A stretch of 64,000 nt of DNA from the NCBI GenBank assembly GCA_965215605.1, contig OZ244070.1, positions 480,001-544,000 of the forward strand, given 5' to 3'. This stretch comes from an uncultured Candidatus Binatia bacterium (GTDB lineage Bacteria; Desulfobacterota; Binatia; UBA9968; JAJDTQ01). Each line of letters opens with the position of its first letter. Position 1 is the first letter of the stretch. This document shows positions 35,000 to 44,868 of this stretch, piece after piece. A model generated the notes under the pieces. It searched no databases. It was given only the letters and a program-made list of their open reading frames with translations, and had not been told where the DNA came from. A program made the position numbers and the translations under genes.

Positions 35000-36283
35000 T
35001 CAGGCATCCGCGCCCCTGCTCGGGGCTACGATCCAGATGCACGCCAACGATAGCACACACAGGACAATACCGATCCAGCCCGAGCTGGCATAGCTGCCCG
35101 AAAGGTCGTGCAGGTAGCCCGCCAGCCAGGGGCCGACGCCCGCGCCCATTCCTATGCTGAAAGCCAGGAAACCGATGATCGAGCCGAAATGCTCGCCATG
35201 AAAGATATCGGCGGCGATGGTCGGATAGAGCCCTTGGCGCGACCCGAAACCCACGGCGAACAGCGGCGGGTACAGAGACACCACCATGATCTCCGACATC
35301 CCGTCGAGGTTGAGGATCACCAGGAGACCGCCCACCAAGGCCAGGCTGCCGATGGTGTAGGCGCGCTCGCTGCCGATCCGGTCCGAGAGCGTCCCCATGC
35401 CGATCATGGTGAAGGTAGTGAAAAACCCGGTGAGGCCCAAGACCCAGGCGCCGAACTCCCGCGAGAGTCCCGCGTCCACCATGGCAGCCACCTGGTGCAC
35501 CAGCACCATGTGCACCGGGATGGCCCCCAGCACGAACCCCCCGGCCAGCGCCCAGAACCGGTAGTTGCGGAACGCCGCGGCGAGAGTCACGCCGCCTTCC
35601 CGCGCCCGGCGCGGACCTCCGCTTCCCGCTGCGGTGGTAGCACCGAAATCCGGAAGCAGCCCCATGTCCTGCGGCTGGCGCCGCTGGAAAAGCAGGTTGA
35701 GCGGCACCACCGCCGCCACCATCACGCCGGCCAGCATCAGATACGCGTTGCGCCAGCCCAACGTGACGATCAGCCACTCCGTGGCCGGCACCACCAGAAA
35801 GATCCCGGCGCCGATGCCCGAAGCCGCGAGGCCCATGGCCATGCCGCGCTTGCGAACGAACCAGTTGCTGATGACCGTGGCCTGCGACGTCATGGGCAGC
35901 GCGGCGAAACCGAGCCCCACCAGAAGCCCCATGCCCAGGTAGTAGTGCCAGACGGCCCGGGTCATGGCGCTCACAATGAAGCCCGCCGCCATGAGACCGG
36001 CACCCGCCGGGAACACGACCCTGGGGCCGAGCCGGTCCAGCATGTGCCCCCAAGCCGGCGCGGAAACGGTCCACGCCACCGAGCCCAGGGCCAGCGCGCC
36101 GGCCGCCAACCCCCGGCTCCACTGAAACTCATCGATGACCGCCACGAAGAAGAGCGCGAACGCCGCGCGGCACCCGAAGGCAGCGGCAACCGTCATGAAC
36201 GAGATGCCCAGCACCACCCACGGATACGTGCGGTTGAGCCGTACCGTGCGAGCCGAAGCGGAATCGGCGGTTAAGGTTTCCAA
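35000..36283 (-). CDS. MFS transporter
   Basis: 12-TM pattern, GHMLDRLGPR, NWFVRKRGMAMG, LSDRIG. Confidence 0.88.
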   Translation of the reverse strand: METLTADSASARTVRLNRTYPWVVLGISFMTVAAAFGCRAAFALFFVAVIDEFQWSRGLAAGALALGSVAWTVSAPAWGHMLDRLGPRVVFPAGAGLMAAGFIVSAMTRAVWHYYLGMGLLVGLGFAALPMTSQATVISNWFVRKRGMAMGLAASGIGAGIFLVVPATEWLIVTLGWRNAYLMLAGVMVAAVVPLNLLFQRRQPQDMGLLPDFGATTAAGSGGPRRAREGGVTLAAAFRNYRFWALAGGFVLGAIPVHMVLVHQVAAMVDAGLSREFGAWVLGLTGFFTTFTMIGMGTLSDRIGSERAYTIGSLALVGGLLVILNLDGMSEIMVVSLYPPLFAVGFGSRQGLYPTIAADIFHGEHFGSIIGFLAFSIGMGAGVGPWLAGYLHDLSGSYASSGWIGIVLCVLSLACIWIVAPSRGADA

Positions 36284-36316
36284 GTGGATGGTATCCGGTG
36301 TTCTCGGGCCGGCCGC

Positions 36317-37396
36317 CTATGACAACCTGGGGACAATCTCGTCGCTCAGGAACCGGATCACCGAAGCGTAGTCCCGGCCGAGCTTGGCGAAGGATATCTG
36401 TTGGAACCCGAGACGCTCGGCTTCGGCCGCGAGCTCCAGGATCGGTTCCACGCAGTCCGACGGCCGGCCGGCCACGAAGCAGGCCCGCGGCATGGCGTCG
36501 GTCACCAACTCCCTGGAGGCCTGCTCGATGGTCATCCCCGAGTGAAGAGCCTCCCGGATGCGGTTGACCTGATCGTAGTCGATGCCGATGCGCGCGAACT
36601 CCTCGGGGCTGTACCCCAGGGCCTGGAGGCTCACCATGTGGTGGGCCGAGTACTTCTTGGCCTCGGCCAGCGCCTCCTCCGGCTCCTCCGATACCGCCAG
36701 GTTGATCTCGCAGACCTTCCGCAGCTTCTTGTCGGGATCCACCGCACGGGCGGCTTGGTCGGCGCCGGCCATGGCCTGCTCAAGCCGGCCGAGCTTGTGC
36801 ATGGAAATGAAATAGCCGCCCATGAGCACCCCCTCCATGGTCTCGCCGGCGATGGCCAGGAACCGGGGTCCGACGCCGCCGCCGTAGAAACGCACCGGAG
36901 CGGCGGGAGGACGCACCAGCTCGATGTGCCCGCGGGGGTTCATGTGGAAATAGTCGCACAGGACGGGATACTCGTCGAAGCGCACCCTTTCGCCGCGAAA
37001 CAGCGTGCCCAGGAAACCCACCGTTTCCCGGACCACGCGGAAGGGCTTGGTCATCTCCAGGTACTGCGGCACCTGACCCTTGCTGCCCTTGGCGATGCCG
37101 AGGCTGATCTCGCGGCCCTCGGTGAGCTCCGAGATGGCCAGCACCGAGTCGGCCACGTCGATGGGATTGCGGAAATACGGCACCAGGATGGCGGTGCCGA
37201 CCTTGAGGGGCGCGCGGGCGGCGATGGCCGTCGCGACGCTCAACACGTTGCGGTAACGGAGCGAATCGCTGAGCCAGACTTGCTTGAAGCCCCGTTCGGC
37301 TCCAAGCTCGGCCAACTCCACCAACTCCCGCGTGGTGTAGTAGGAAGCCGCCTGCAGCACGAACTGGAGCCCGAACTCCCCCGAAAATATCGCCAT
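36317..37396 (-). CDS. LLM-class flavin/F420-dependent oxidoreductase
   Basis: GFKQVWLSD, VGTAILVPYFRNP, GREISLGIAKG; ATG 37396 with GGGGAGGG RBS. Confidence 0.82.
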   Translation of the reverse strand: MAIFSGEFGLQFVLQAASYYTTRELVELAELGAERGFKQVWLSDSLRYRNVLSVATAIAARAPLKVGTAILVPYFRNPIDVADSVLAISELTEGREISLGIAKGSKGQVPQYLEMTKPFRVVRETVGFLGTLFRGERVRFDEYPVLCDYFHMNPRGHIELVRPPAAPVRFYGGGVGPRFLAIAGETMEGVLMGGYFISMHKLGRLEQAMAGADQAARAVDPDKKLRKVCEINLAVSEEPEEALAEAKKYSAHHMVSLQALGYSPEEFARIGIDYDQVNRIREALHSGMTIEQASRELVTDAMPRACFVAGRPSDCVEPILELAAEAERLGFQQISFAKLGRDYASVIRFLSDEIVPRLS

Positions 37397-37526
37397 CCCC
37401 TCCCCCTTTCGGCATGACGTCCCATGGGGGGATGTATCCCGATTCCGACACGGCCTGCAAGGCCACCGCAATCGTCAGGAGCCGGGATGGCGGGTTCGAA
37501 TCACGCGCTCCGGATTCGGGATGCCA

Positions 37527-38423
37527 CTAGGAACCGGCGGCGTGACGCTCTTCCCGGAGTGCGGCGATCCGGTCCTCGATGGGGGGATGGCTGGCAAAGA
37601 GCATCCGCAGCCCGCCCTTGCGCACGCCGGAGATTCCCATTGCCGCCAATTGTTCCGGCATGTGCTCGGGCTCCACGCTCCGCTGGAGCGCCTGGAGGGC
37701 GCCGATCATGCTGGCCTTGCCCGCCAGATACGCGCCGCCGGCGTCGGCCCGGTACTCACGCCGGCGCGAATACCAGCAGACCACCATGCTGGCCAGGACT
37801 CCGAGAAGGATCTGCGTGACGATCACGGTGGCGAAGTAGCCCATGCCGTAGCCCCCTTCGCCGTCCCGGTGGAGCGCGCGGTCCACAATGTATCCGATCA
37901 CGCGGGAAAGGAAGATCACGAAGGTGTTGAGGACGCCCTGGATCAGGGTCAGCGTCACCATGTCGCCGTTGGCCACGTGGCTCACCTCGTGGCCCACCAC
38001 GGCCGCAGCCTGCTCCGCGTTCATGGCCCGCAAGAGGCCCGTGCTGACCGCCACCAACGATTTGTTACGGCTCGGGCCGGTGGCAAAGGCGTTGGGCTCC
38101 GGGGAATCGTAGATCGCCACCTCGGGCATGGTGATGTTCGCGGCCCGGGCGTGATCCTGCACGGTCTTGACGAGCCAGATCTCGGTGTTGTTCCGGGGCT
38201 GATCGATGACCGTCAACCCCATCCATCTCTTGGCCGTCCACTTGGAGATGGCCAGGGAGATGAAGGCGCCGCCCATGCCGAAGATGAAGGAAAAGGCCAG
38301 TAGCGGCCAGAAGTCGACGCCGTATTGAAAAAGCAACCAGTCAAGGCCGAGCACGCGGAGCGCAACGGCCAGCACGAAAAGTATCGCAAGGTTGGTGATT
38401 AGAAAAAGAAAAGCGCGTTTCAT
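37527..38423 (-). CDS. htpX: Membrane zinc protease HtpX
   Basis: PNAFATG, HEVSHVANGDMVT, SRRREYRAD, SHPPIEDRI. Confidence 0.95.
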   Translation of the reverse strand: MKRAFLFLITNLAILFVLAVALRVLGLDWLLFQYGVDFWPLLAFSFIFGMGGAFISLAISKWTAKRWMGLTVIDQPRNNTEIWLVKTVQDHARAANITMPEVAIYDSPEPNAFATGPSRNKSLVAVSTGLLRAMNAEQAAAVVGHEVSHVANGDMVTLTLIQGVLNTFVIFLSRVIGYIVDRALHRDGEGGYGMGYFATVIVTQILLGVLASMVVCWYSRRREYRADAGGAYLAGKASMIGALQALQRSVEPEHMPEQLAAMGISGVRKGGLRMLFASHPPIEDRIAALREERHAAGS

Positions 38424-38568
38424 GGAACTGTTCCCTTCCTGTCGCGAATATCAGCCCTCGACAACCAGTCTACAATGCAGACCCTGCCGAATCAATTTCG
38501 CCGGGCACCCGGGACTTCGAAAAATTTGATCATTCGTGCCGGCGAGTAAAGGGATCGTTCCACCTCGC

Positions 38569-39789
38569 CTATTCGATTTCCCGCACCGTGGGCAGCCGCA
38601 CGAGGCCGTAGAAGGCCATCATCGCCACCAGGAAACCGCCCAGGGCCACCGCCGCCGGCGCTCCCGCGTACTCGGCCACAGCGCCCGCCACCGCGCCTCC
38701 CAGGGGCATGAGGTCCCAGGTGAGGCCGAACAGCCCCAGCACCCGGCCGCGCAGCTCGTTGGGGAGGTTGAGTTGCAAAATCGTGTTGATGGAGGTCAGG
38801 TAGATCTGGTTGAACAACCCGAGCAAGAAGATCAGTCCCAAGGACAAGGGAAACGACGACGAGTAGGCGAACAGAATGAGCAGCGTCCCGAAGGTCGCCG
38901 CCCCCGCCAGCACCTGCCACCCCCTGCGCCCGGCCTGGGCCAGATAAGCGACCGTCAACGTGCCCAGCAGCGCGCCCACGCCGGAGGACGACTGGAGCAG
39001 CCCGAACCCGCGGGAGTCCACCAGCAGGATATCCCGGGCGAAAACCGGCATCAGGATGACGAAGGACATGCCGAAGATACTGTTGAAGCAGGTGAGTCCC
39101 AGCAGGCTGTAGAAGAGCTGGTTCCGGCGGACGAAGTCGAGGCCGGCGAGGATATTGCGCCACACGCCGCCCTGCGGCTGCCCGACCAGAGGACGGCTCC
39201 GGATGAACCCCCACAGCGCCACCGCCAGCGCCGAGCTCACGAAGCAGGCGATAAAGGTATGGCCGACGCCGAACCAGTGAATCAGCAAGCCGGCGAGCCC
39301 GGGGCCCACAAGACGGCACGCCTGCCACACCGAGCTTCCCAGGGCCACCGCATTGGCGATCTCCTCACGCGGCACCATCTCCGGCAGCAGCGCGTACCGG
39401 CTGGGCCGGTCGAAAGAACGCAGGAAACCGGAATTGAACGCAAACACGAGCACGTGCCAGAAGGCGATGCGCTCGGTCAGGATCAGCAGCCCCAACACCA
39501 GGTAGGCCAAGGCCAGCATAGACTGGGTGAGCACCATGATGCGGCGCTTGTCGGCCCGGTCCGCGATGGCCCCGCCCACGAGCACCAGCGAAACCCGCGG
39601 CACGGCGTAGGCGATCCCGGCCACCCCCAGCATCAGGGGCGAGTCCGTCAGCAGAAACACCAGCCAGGCCTGGGCCGCCATCTCCATGTTGAGCGCCAGC
39701 ACCGAGGAGAGCTGCCCCAACCAGTAGAAGCGGTAGTTCCTGTGGCGCAGGCCGGCGAACAGCCGGCCAAGCATGGTTTCGGATTTCAT
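38569..39789 (-). CDS. MFS transporter (MFS_3-like)
   Basis: LRHRNYRFYWLGQ, GAIADRADKRR, LRGRVLG. Confidence 0.88.
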   Translation of the reverse strand: MKSETMLGRLFAGLRHRNYRFYWLGQLSSVLALNMEMAAQAWLVFLLTDSPLMLGVAGIAYAVPRVSLVLVGGAIADRADKRRIMVLTQSMLALAYLVLGLLILTERIAFWHVLVFAFNSGFLRSFDRPSRYALLPEMVPREEIANAVALGSSVWQACRLVGPGLAGLLIHWFGVGHTFIACFVSSALAVALWGFIRSRPLVGQPQGGVWRNILAGLDFVRRNQLFYSLLGLTCFNSIFGMSFVILMPVFARDILLVDSRGFGLLQSSSGVGALLGTLTVAYLAQAGRRGWQVLAGAATFGTLLILFAYSSSFPLSLGLIFLLGLFNQIYLTSINTILQLNLPNELRGRVLGLFGLTWDLMPLGGAVAGAVAEYAGAPAAVALGGFLVAMMAFYGLVRLPTVREIE

Positions 39790-39875
39790 CAGCGGCTTTG
39801 TTTCCAGGGGCCTTTTGGGTATAGAACCCGATGGGCGCGCCGTCCACCGAAGGGCACTCCACGGAGAATGAATCG

Positions 39876-40940
39876 ATGAAAGTGAGCCTTTTTACCGAGG
39901 TGCAGTGCCCGTCGGGAAGCGTTCCCGCCGAGTTGCTGCAGCAGTTTCTCGAACAGGCCGAGCTGGCCGACAACCTTGGCTACGACGGTTATTGGGTCGC
40001 CGAGATCCATTTTACGCCCAGCTTCTCTCTCCTGTCCGCCCCTTACGTGGTGCTGGGGGCCGCCACCCAGCGGACCCGCAACCTGCGCCTCGGGGTCGCG
40101 GTCAACACCCTGCCCGTCCATCACCCCATGCAGCTTGCGGAGCAGGCCGCCACCCTGGACGTGCTGAGTAACGGCAGGATGTGCTTCGCGGCCGGCGGCG
40201 GGCATCCCCACACCCGGGCCTACGAATGTTTCGGCGTGGAGCACGAGCACGTGCGGGACCTCATGGAGGAGAGCATCGAGGTCATCCGGCTGGCCTGGAC
40301 CCGGGAGGCCGTGGAGTACGAGGGACGGTTTTTCCGGATCCCCAGCATCGTCGCCAACCCCAAGCCCGTGCAGCAGCCCCACCCGCCCATCTACACCGCC
40401 GCGAGCTCCCTCGACGGCGTGAACTTCGCCGCGCGAATGGGCCTCAACCTGTTCATACCCGTTCACGTGCGGACAGCGGAGGAACTGCGCGAATTCTCCG
40501 CCGTCTACTGGGAGGCGCTGGCGGCCCACGGCCACGACCCGGAAGAGCACGAGCTCGGCCTGCTCCTGCCCATGCACGTCGGCGGCACCGCCGCCGAGGC
40601 CGAGACCCGATCCGAGGCCGGAGTCATGAGCTACTACGACGTGATCCGGGAAACCCGCGGGAGCTACGCCCAGTGGCTCATGTCGCAGGGACGGCCGCTG
40701 CCCGACCGGCTGCGGAAGAACGCCGCCGCCGGCAGCCTGTCCTTCGACCGGGTGTGCAGCGAGTTCGCCGCCATCGGCACGGCGGACCGGGTGGTGGAAA
40801 GGATCGGTGAACTGGCTCGCGACACCGGCGCGGGCCACGTGCTGGCGTGGATGAACATCGGCAGCGTCTCCCACCCCCACATCAAGGAGTCCATGCAGCG
40901 CTTTACCGAGGATGCCTTGCCCGCAGTGCGGGCGATCTAG
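39876..40940 (+). CDS. LLM-class flavin-dependent oxidoreductase (luciferase-like)
   Basis: GYDGYWVAEIH, AEQAATLDVLSNGR, PKPVQQPHPPI. Confidence 0.88.
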   Translation: MKVSLFTEVQCPSGSVPAELLQQFLEQAELADNLGYDGYWVAEIHFTPSFSLLSAPYVVLGAATQRTRNLRLGVAVNTLPVHHPMQLAEQAATLDVLSNGRMCFAAGGGHPHTRAYECFGVEHEHVRDLMEESIEVIRLAWTREAVEYEGRFFRIPSIVANPKPVQQPHPPIYTAASSLDGVNFAARMGLNLFIPVHVRTAEELREFSAVYWEALAAHGHDPEEHELGLLLPMHVGGTAAEAETRSEAGVMSYYDVIRETRGSYAQWLMSQGRPLPDRLRKNAAAGSLSFDRVCSEFAAIGTADRVVERIGELARDTGAGHVLAWMNIGSVSHPHIKESMQRFTEDALPAVRAI

Positions 40941-41248
40941 TGTCCCGGCCGGGAACCTGCTTCGTCCTCTGCCGAGGCTTCGGCTTCTTCCCGCGCCGCC
41001 CGTGCCCGCGGTCGTAGCGCGTCTCCCAGACGGCCCAGCACCACCAGGATCAGCCCGGCGCTGACGGACACCGTGGCGATCAACAATGCCACCCCCGCCT
41101 GGGTAGCGTGGAAGGTGCTTTCGCTCGTCAGGGCCGCGGACACGGCGTAGACGCCATACCCCGCCGCCAGGGCTCCCCAGGCAAACAGCACCGATGCCGC
41201 CAACGCCATCACGGAACCGAACCTCACATAAAGCCGGCGGCGAGTCAA
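40937..41248 (-). CDS. Small hypothetical membrane protein
   Basis: Two hydrophobic segments; fills the gap between two genes. Confidence 0.5.
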   Translation of the reverse strand: MTRRRLYVRFGSVMALAASVLFAWGALAAGYGVYAVSAALTSESTFHATQAGVALLIATVSVSAGLILVVLGRLGDALRPRARAAREEAEASAEDEAGSRPGH

Positions 41249-41286
41249 TGTGGACCCGGCCGGCGAAAGTTGCTAGCTAGTGATAC

Positions 41287-42465
41287 ATGGCGGGAACACT
41301 CAAAGGCATCAGGATTCTGGAAATCGCCAACTACGTCACAGGCCCGTTCGCATCCATGCTCATGGCCGACCTCGGCGCCGAGGTCATCAAGGTCGAGGAC
41401 CGGGAACGCGGCGACCCGTTCCGCGGTTGGGGCGGCGGGAAAATGTATTCAGCCACCTTCTGCAGCCTGAACCGAAACAAGAAGAGCATCACCCTGGACC
41501 TCCGCAACGAGGAGGGACAGGAAATCTGCCGCAAGCTCGCCGCCGGGTCGGACGTGCTCGTGGAGAACCACCGCCCAGGGGTCATGGCCCGCCGCGGGCT
41601 CGGCTACGACACCCTCCGCGAGTTGAACCCCAAGATCATCTACTGCTCCATCTCCGGATTCGGCCAGGAGGGACCCTACTGCGACCGCCCCGGATACGAC
41701 ACCGTGGGCCAGGGAATGAGCGGACTTCTGAGCCTCCTGACGGATCCGGATGATCCCAAGGGAATGGGCATCTCCCTGTCCGACCACCTCACCGGGGTGT
41801 ATGCGTGCTACGGCGTGCTGGCGGCGCTGGTGAACCGCATGATGACCGGAGAGGGACAGATCATCGAGACCTCCCTGCTGCGGGCGTCGGTGTCTTTCAC
41901 GGCCGAGAACTGCGCCCGTTACTTCGAGACGGGCGTGGTGCCCAGCAGGGCCGACCGTACGCGCACCGCCGGCGTGTTCGCCTTCGTCGACCGCGACGGC
42001 AGGCCCTTTGTCGTCCACTTGTCCTCGCCCAACAAGTTCTGGCTGGGGCTCGTGGAAGTCGCGGGGAAACCCGAGTGGGCGGAAGACCCTCGCTTCGCCG
42101 AAAAGGAGGGCCGCACTGAACACCACGACCTGCTGGAGCGGGAGCTTCAGGCCATCTTCGAGCGGGACTCGCGCGACGTGTGGCTCAGGAAGCTCGAGGA
42201 ACACGACGTGCCCTCCACCCCCCTGAACAACCTCAAGGACATGTTCGACGACCCGCAGGTCCGGCAGTACGGCTTTCCCATCGAGGTGGAGCACCCGAAG
42301 ATGGGCAAGGTCAAGCTGGTCGGCAGCGGCGTCAACATGAGCCGGACCCCCCCGGAGACCCCCACCCCTCCGCCCATGCTCGGCGAGGACACCGAGGAAA
42401 TCCTGCAGGGCCTGGGATACGGCGCGGAAGCCATCGAGGGGCTGCGCGGCCGGCAGGTCATCTAG
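41287..42465 (+). CDS. Family III CoA transferase (CaiB/BaiF)
   Basis: ADLGAEVIKVE, LNRNKKSITLDL, ISGFGQEGPY, PGYD. Confidence 0.92.
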   Translation: MAGTLKGIRILEIANYVTGPFASMLMADLGAEVIKVEDRERGDPFRGWGGGKMYSATFCSLNRNKKSITLDLRNEEGQEICRKLAAGSDVLVENHRPGVMARRGLGYDTLRELNPKIIYCSISGFGQEGPYCDRPGYDTVGQGMSGLLSLLTDPDDPKGMGISLSDHLTGVYACYGVLAALVNRMMTGEGQIIETSLLRASVSFTAENCARYFETGVVPSRADRTRTAGVFAFVDRDGRPFVVHLSSPNKFWLGLVEVAGKPEWAEDPRFAEKEGRTEHHDLLERELQAIFERDSRDVWLRKLEEHDVPSTPLNNLKDMFDDPQVRQYGFPIEVEHPKMGKVKLVGSGVNMSRTPPETPTPPPMLGEDTEEILQGLGYGAEAIEGLRGRQVI

Positions 42466-42685
42466 GAGAGTACCCGACAGGCCCCTGGCCTGACGGGTTG
42501 CCCCGGCCGGCGGGGAGGTTCGAGAAGGCGCCTGCCGCGTTTCAGCCGATGCGATTCCATGTCGTTTTGCGTTGATTCCTGATCGCCAATTCTGATAGGA
42601 AGCTTAATTCTCTTGTAACACGGTTGCTTGCGGGACAGCCCCGCGTGACTCACGCCGATGTCGCGCCGACGCAAGGACCCGGTTC

Positions 42686-44107
42686 ATGGAACGGATGACA
42701 GTGATGATTTACAACCCCAAATCCGCCAGCCTCATGGTCGCGCTGTCCCTGTTGGTGAGCTCCTGCGTCTCCATCGACGAGCACGAGCAACTGAGCCGCG
42801 AGAAGCAGCGTGTGGACGTGGACAACGCCACGCTGACGCAGAACCTGGAGCGCCGCGGGCGCGAGGTCACCACCCTGGAAGCGAGGGTCGAAGAACTTAC
42901 GCAAGATGTCAACCGGCGCCAGGGGCTGCTGGATCAAAGGGGACGGGAGCTCACAGACGCCCGCCGGCAGATCAGCGAGTTGACGGAGTCCCTGGCGCAA
43001 CTCCGGCAGGAGTTGACTACCGCCATCGCCGAACGGCGCGGGACCGTGGACCGCTATCGCCGTCGAGTGGCTACCCTCACGGCCGAACGGGACAATACGT
43101 CCAAGGCCGTGGATGACCTCACCGCCCGGCTCGACCAGCGCGCCGCCACGGCACGAGAACTGGACGCCAAGGCTCGGGAATCGGCCGGTCTCCGGGACTC
43201 TCTGGTGAAGCAGAACGCGCTTCTTTCGGCGGCCAAGACCAACCTGGAGGAGAATGTCGCCGCGCTCGTGCGCAAGCGGGACGAATTGACCTCGCGAGTG
43301 AGCGGGCTTGAGAACGAGGTCGCGCGACAGGATCAGGCCATCGCGAGGATGAACGCGCAAACCGGCCGGCTGAACGATGCGAAACAGTCCCTGGAGGCGG
43401 AAATCGCCGGCCAGAAGGCGGGGGCGGCGCAGTTGCAACAACGCATGTCGGAAACGACAAACTTGCTGGACCGGACCCGCGCCGAAAGGGAACAGGCCCT
43501 GACGGATCTCGCGGCCAGGGAACAGGAGTTGGCGGACGCCGTCGCGTCCCGGGAGCAGGTCCGCACCGGGAAGGACCGGGAAATCGCCACCCTGACGAAG
43601 AACCAGCAAGACCTTACCAGGCAGCTAGCCGACCTGAAGGCGGGACATGACGCCGCCACGCGGCAACTGCGGCAACAACTCGAAGAAGCCACGCGTTCGC
43701 TGGAACGGACCGGTGCCGAAGACAAGGAAACAGAAGAAAAACTGGCTGCCCTCACCTCCGCCCACAACGAGACCGTCCGCTCACTGGAACAGACTCGCGC
43801 CGAAAGGGACAGGGCCGTGGCCGATGTGGCCGTCAGGGAACAGGCCGCCGCGCAACTGCGGCAGCGGCTGGACGAAACCAACCCGCCCCTGGAACAGACC
43901 CGTACCGGAAAGCAGCAGGCCGTGGACACGGCAGGCGCCGACAAGCAGGAACTCACCCTGCAGATGGCCCGGGCAACGGCCGAGCGCGATGCGCTCAAGC
44001 AGCAGATCGAGGACAAGCTCGTGCTGGAACCCTACTGGCAGTGGATCTTCGGCGCGGTGGTGGGCCTCGGAGCCCTCGGCTGGGGCACCAGGTGGTTCCG
44101 GGCGTGA
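42686..44107 (+). CDS. Long coiled-coil putative lipoprotein with C-terminal TM helix
   Basis: Lipobox-like LLVSSC, ~410 aa heptad-rich region, terminal YWQWIFGAVVGLGALGWG. Confidence 0.65.
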   Translation: MERMTVMIYNPKSASLMVALSLLVSSCVSIDEHEQLSREKQRVDVDNATLTQNLERRGREVTTLEARVEELTQDVNRRQGLLDQRGRELTDARRQISELTESLAQLRQELTTAIAERRGTVDRYRRRVATLTAERDNTSKAVDDLTARLDQRAATARELDAKARESAGLRDSLVKQNALLSAAKTNLEENVAALVRKRDELTSRVSGLENEVARQDQAIARMNAQTGRLNDAKQSLEAEIAGQKAGAAQLQQRMSETTNLLDRTRAEREQALTDLAAREQELADAVASREQVRTGKDREIATLTKNQQDLTRQLADLKAGHDAATRQLRQQLEEATRSLERTGAEDKETEEKLAALTSAHNETVRSLEQTRAERDRAVADVAVREQAAAQLRQRLDETNPPLEQTRTGKQQAVDTAGADKQELTLQMARATAERDALKQQIEDKLVLEPYWQWIFGAVVGLGALGWGTRWFRA

Positions 44108-44118
44108 CCGTGGGAACG

Positions 44119-44838
44119 TCAGTCCTTGATGTCCGGCCAATCCCGTAACAGCTTTCCGTAGCCGGAGATGCTGCACGAGAACCCCACCCTCGAGAGCATG
44201 AACCAGAGCATGGCGGGATTGCTGGCCACCACCGGCCGCGCCAGGCTTTGCTCGATGCGGTCCAGGACCTTCAGCGGGTCCAGCACCGCCCCCTGAAAAT
44301 AGATCGCCGCAACGTCAGGGTTTGCCTTGAGCGCCTTTTCCGTGAGGGCGTACACGTCCTCGGGCTCGACCGTCATGGCCTCGCGGTAGTCATCGAAGGT
44401 GTCCGCGGGGGAAACCGGGTCGATGGCGCTATCGGTGAGATAGTCGCGAATCCGCTTGTTCATGACCTCGACGAACGGGGTCAACAGCAGCACCCTCGGA
44501 GTCGACAGGGCCTTGAGGGCCTCGACGCATGACTCCAGCGCCGTCGTCACCGGGACGTCCAAGGCCTCCTTCAACCTCCCCAGCAGTCCCGGATTGAGGA
44601 CCTCCACCGGAGCCCCGCTGACGATGACGCCCTGCCAACCCCGCTCCCGCGCCAGCCGGGCGGATGTCTCCACCACCATGTCTCCGGTGCCCGCAAGGCT
44701 CTCCAGGGAGCCGCGCACGATTCCCAACCCTTCGAACTCCATCTCCACTTCCTGGGGAATGAACGCCCTGAACGGCTCGAAGTGCGGGCTCGAGCTCGAT
44801 ATCGGCGTGACGAAACCAATCTTGACCGGATCTGCCAT
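44119..44838 (-). CDS. Maleate isomerase / Asp-Glu racemase / arylmalonate decarboxylase family protein
   Basis: IGFVTP, VPVTT, LLLTPF, IEQSLARPVVASNPAMLW, GYGKLL. Confidence 0.75.
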   Translation of the reverse strand: MADPVKIGFVTPISSSSPHFEPFRAFIPQEVEMEFEGLGIVRGSLESLAGTGDMVVETSARLARERGWQGVIVSGAPVEVLNPGLLGRLKEALDVPVTTALESCVEALKALSTPRVLLLTPFVEVMNKRIRDYLTDSAIDPVSPADTFDDYREAMTVEPEDVYALTEKALKANPDVAAIYFQGAVLDPLKVLDRIEQSLARPVVASNPAMLWFMLSRVGFSCSISGYGKLLRDWPDIKD

Positions 44839-44868
44839 GACGCCCTCCTGTTCCCGTATCCGCTTTTT

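Noticed and set aside
37490-37506. GGTTCGAATC T-loop-like motif suggesting a tRNA
   Set aside because: The T-stem has a mismatch and no acceptor, D or anticodon arms could be built.
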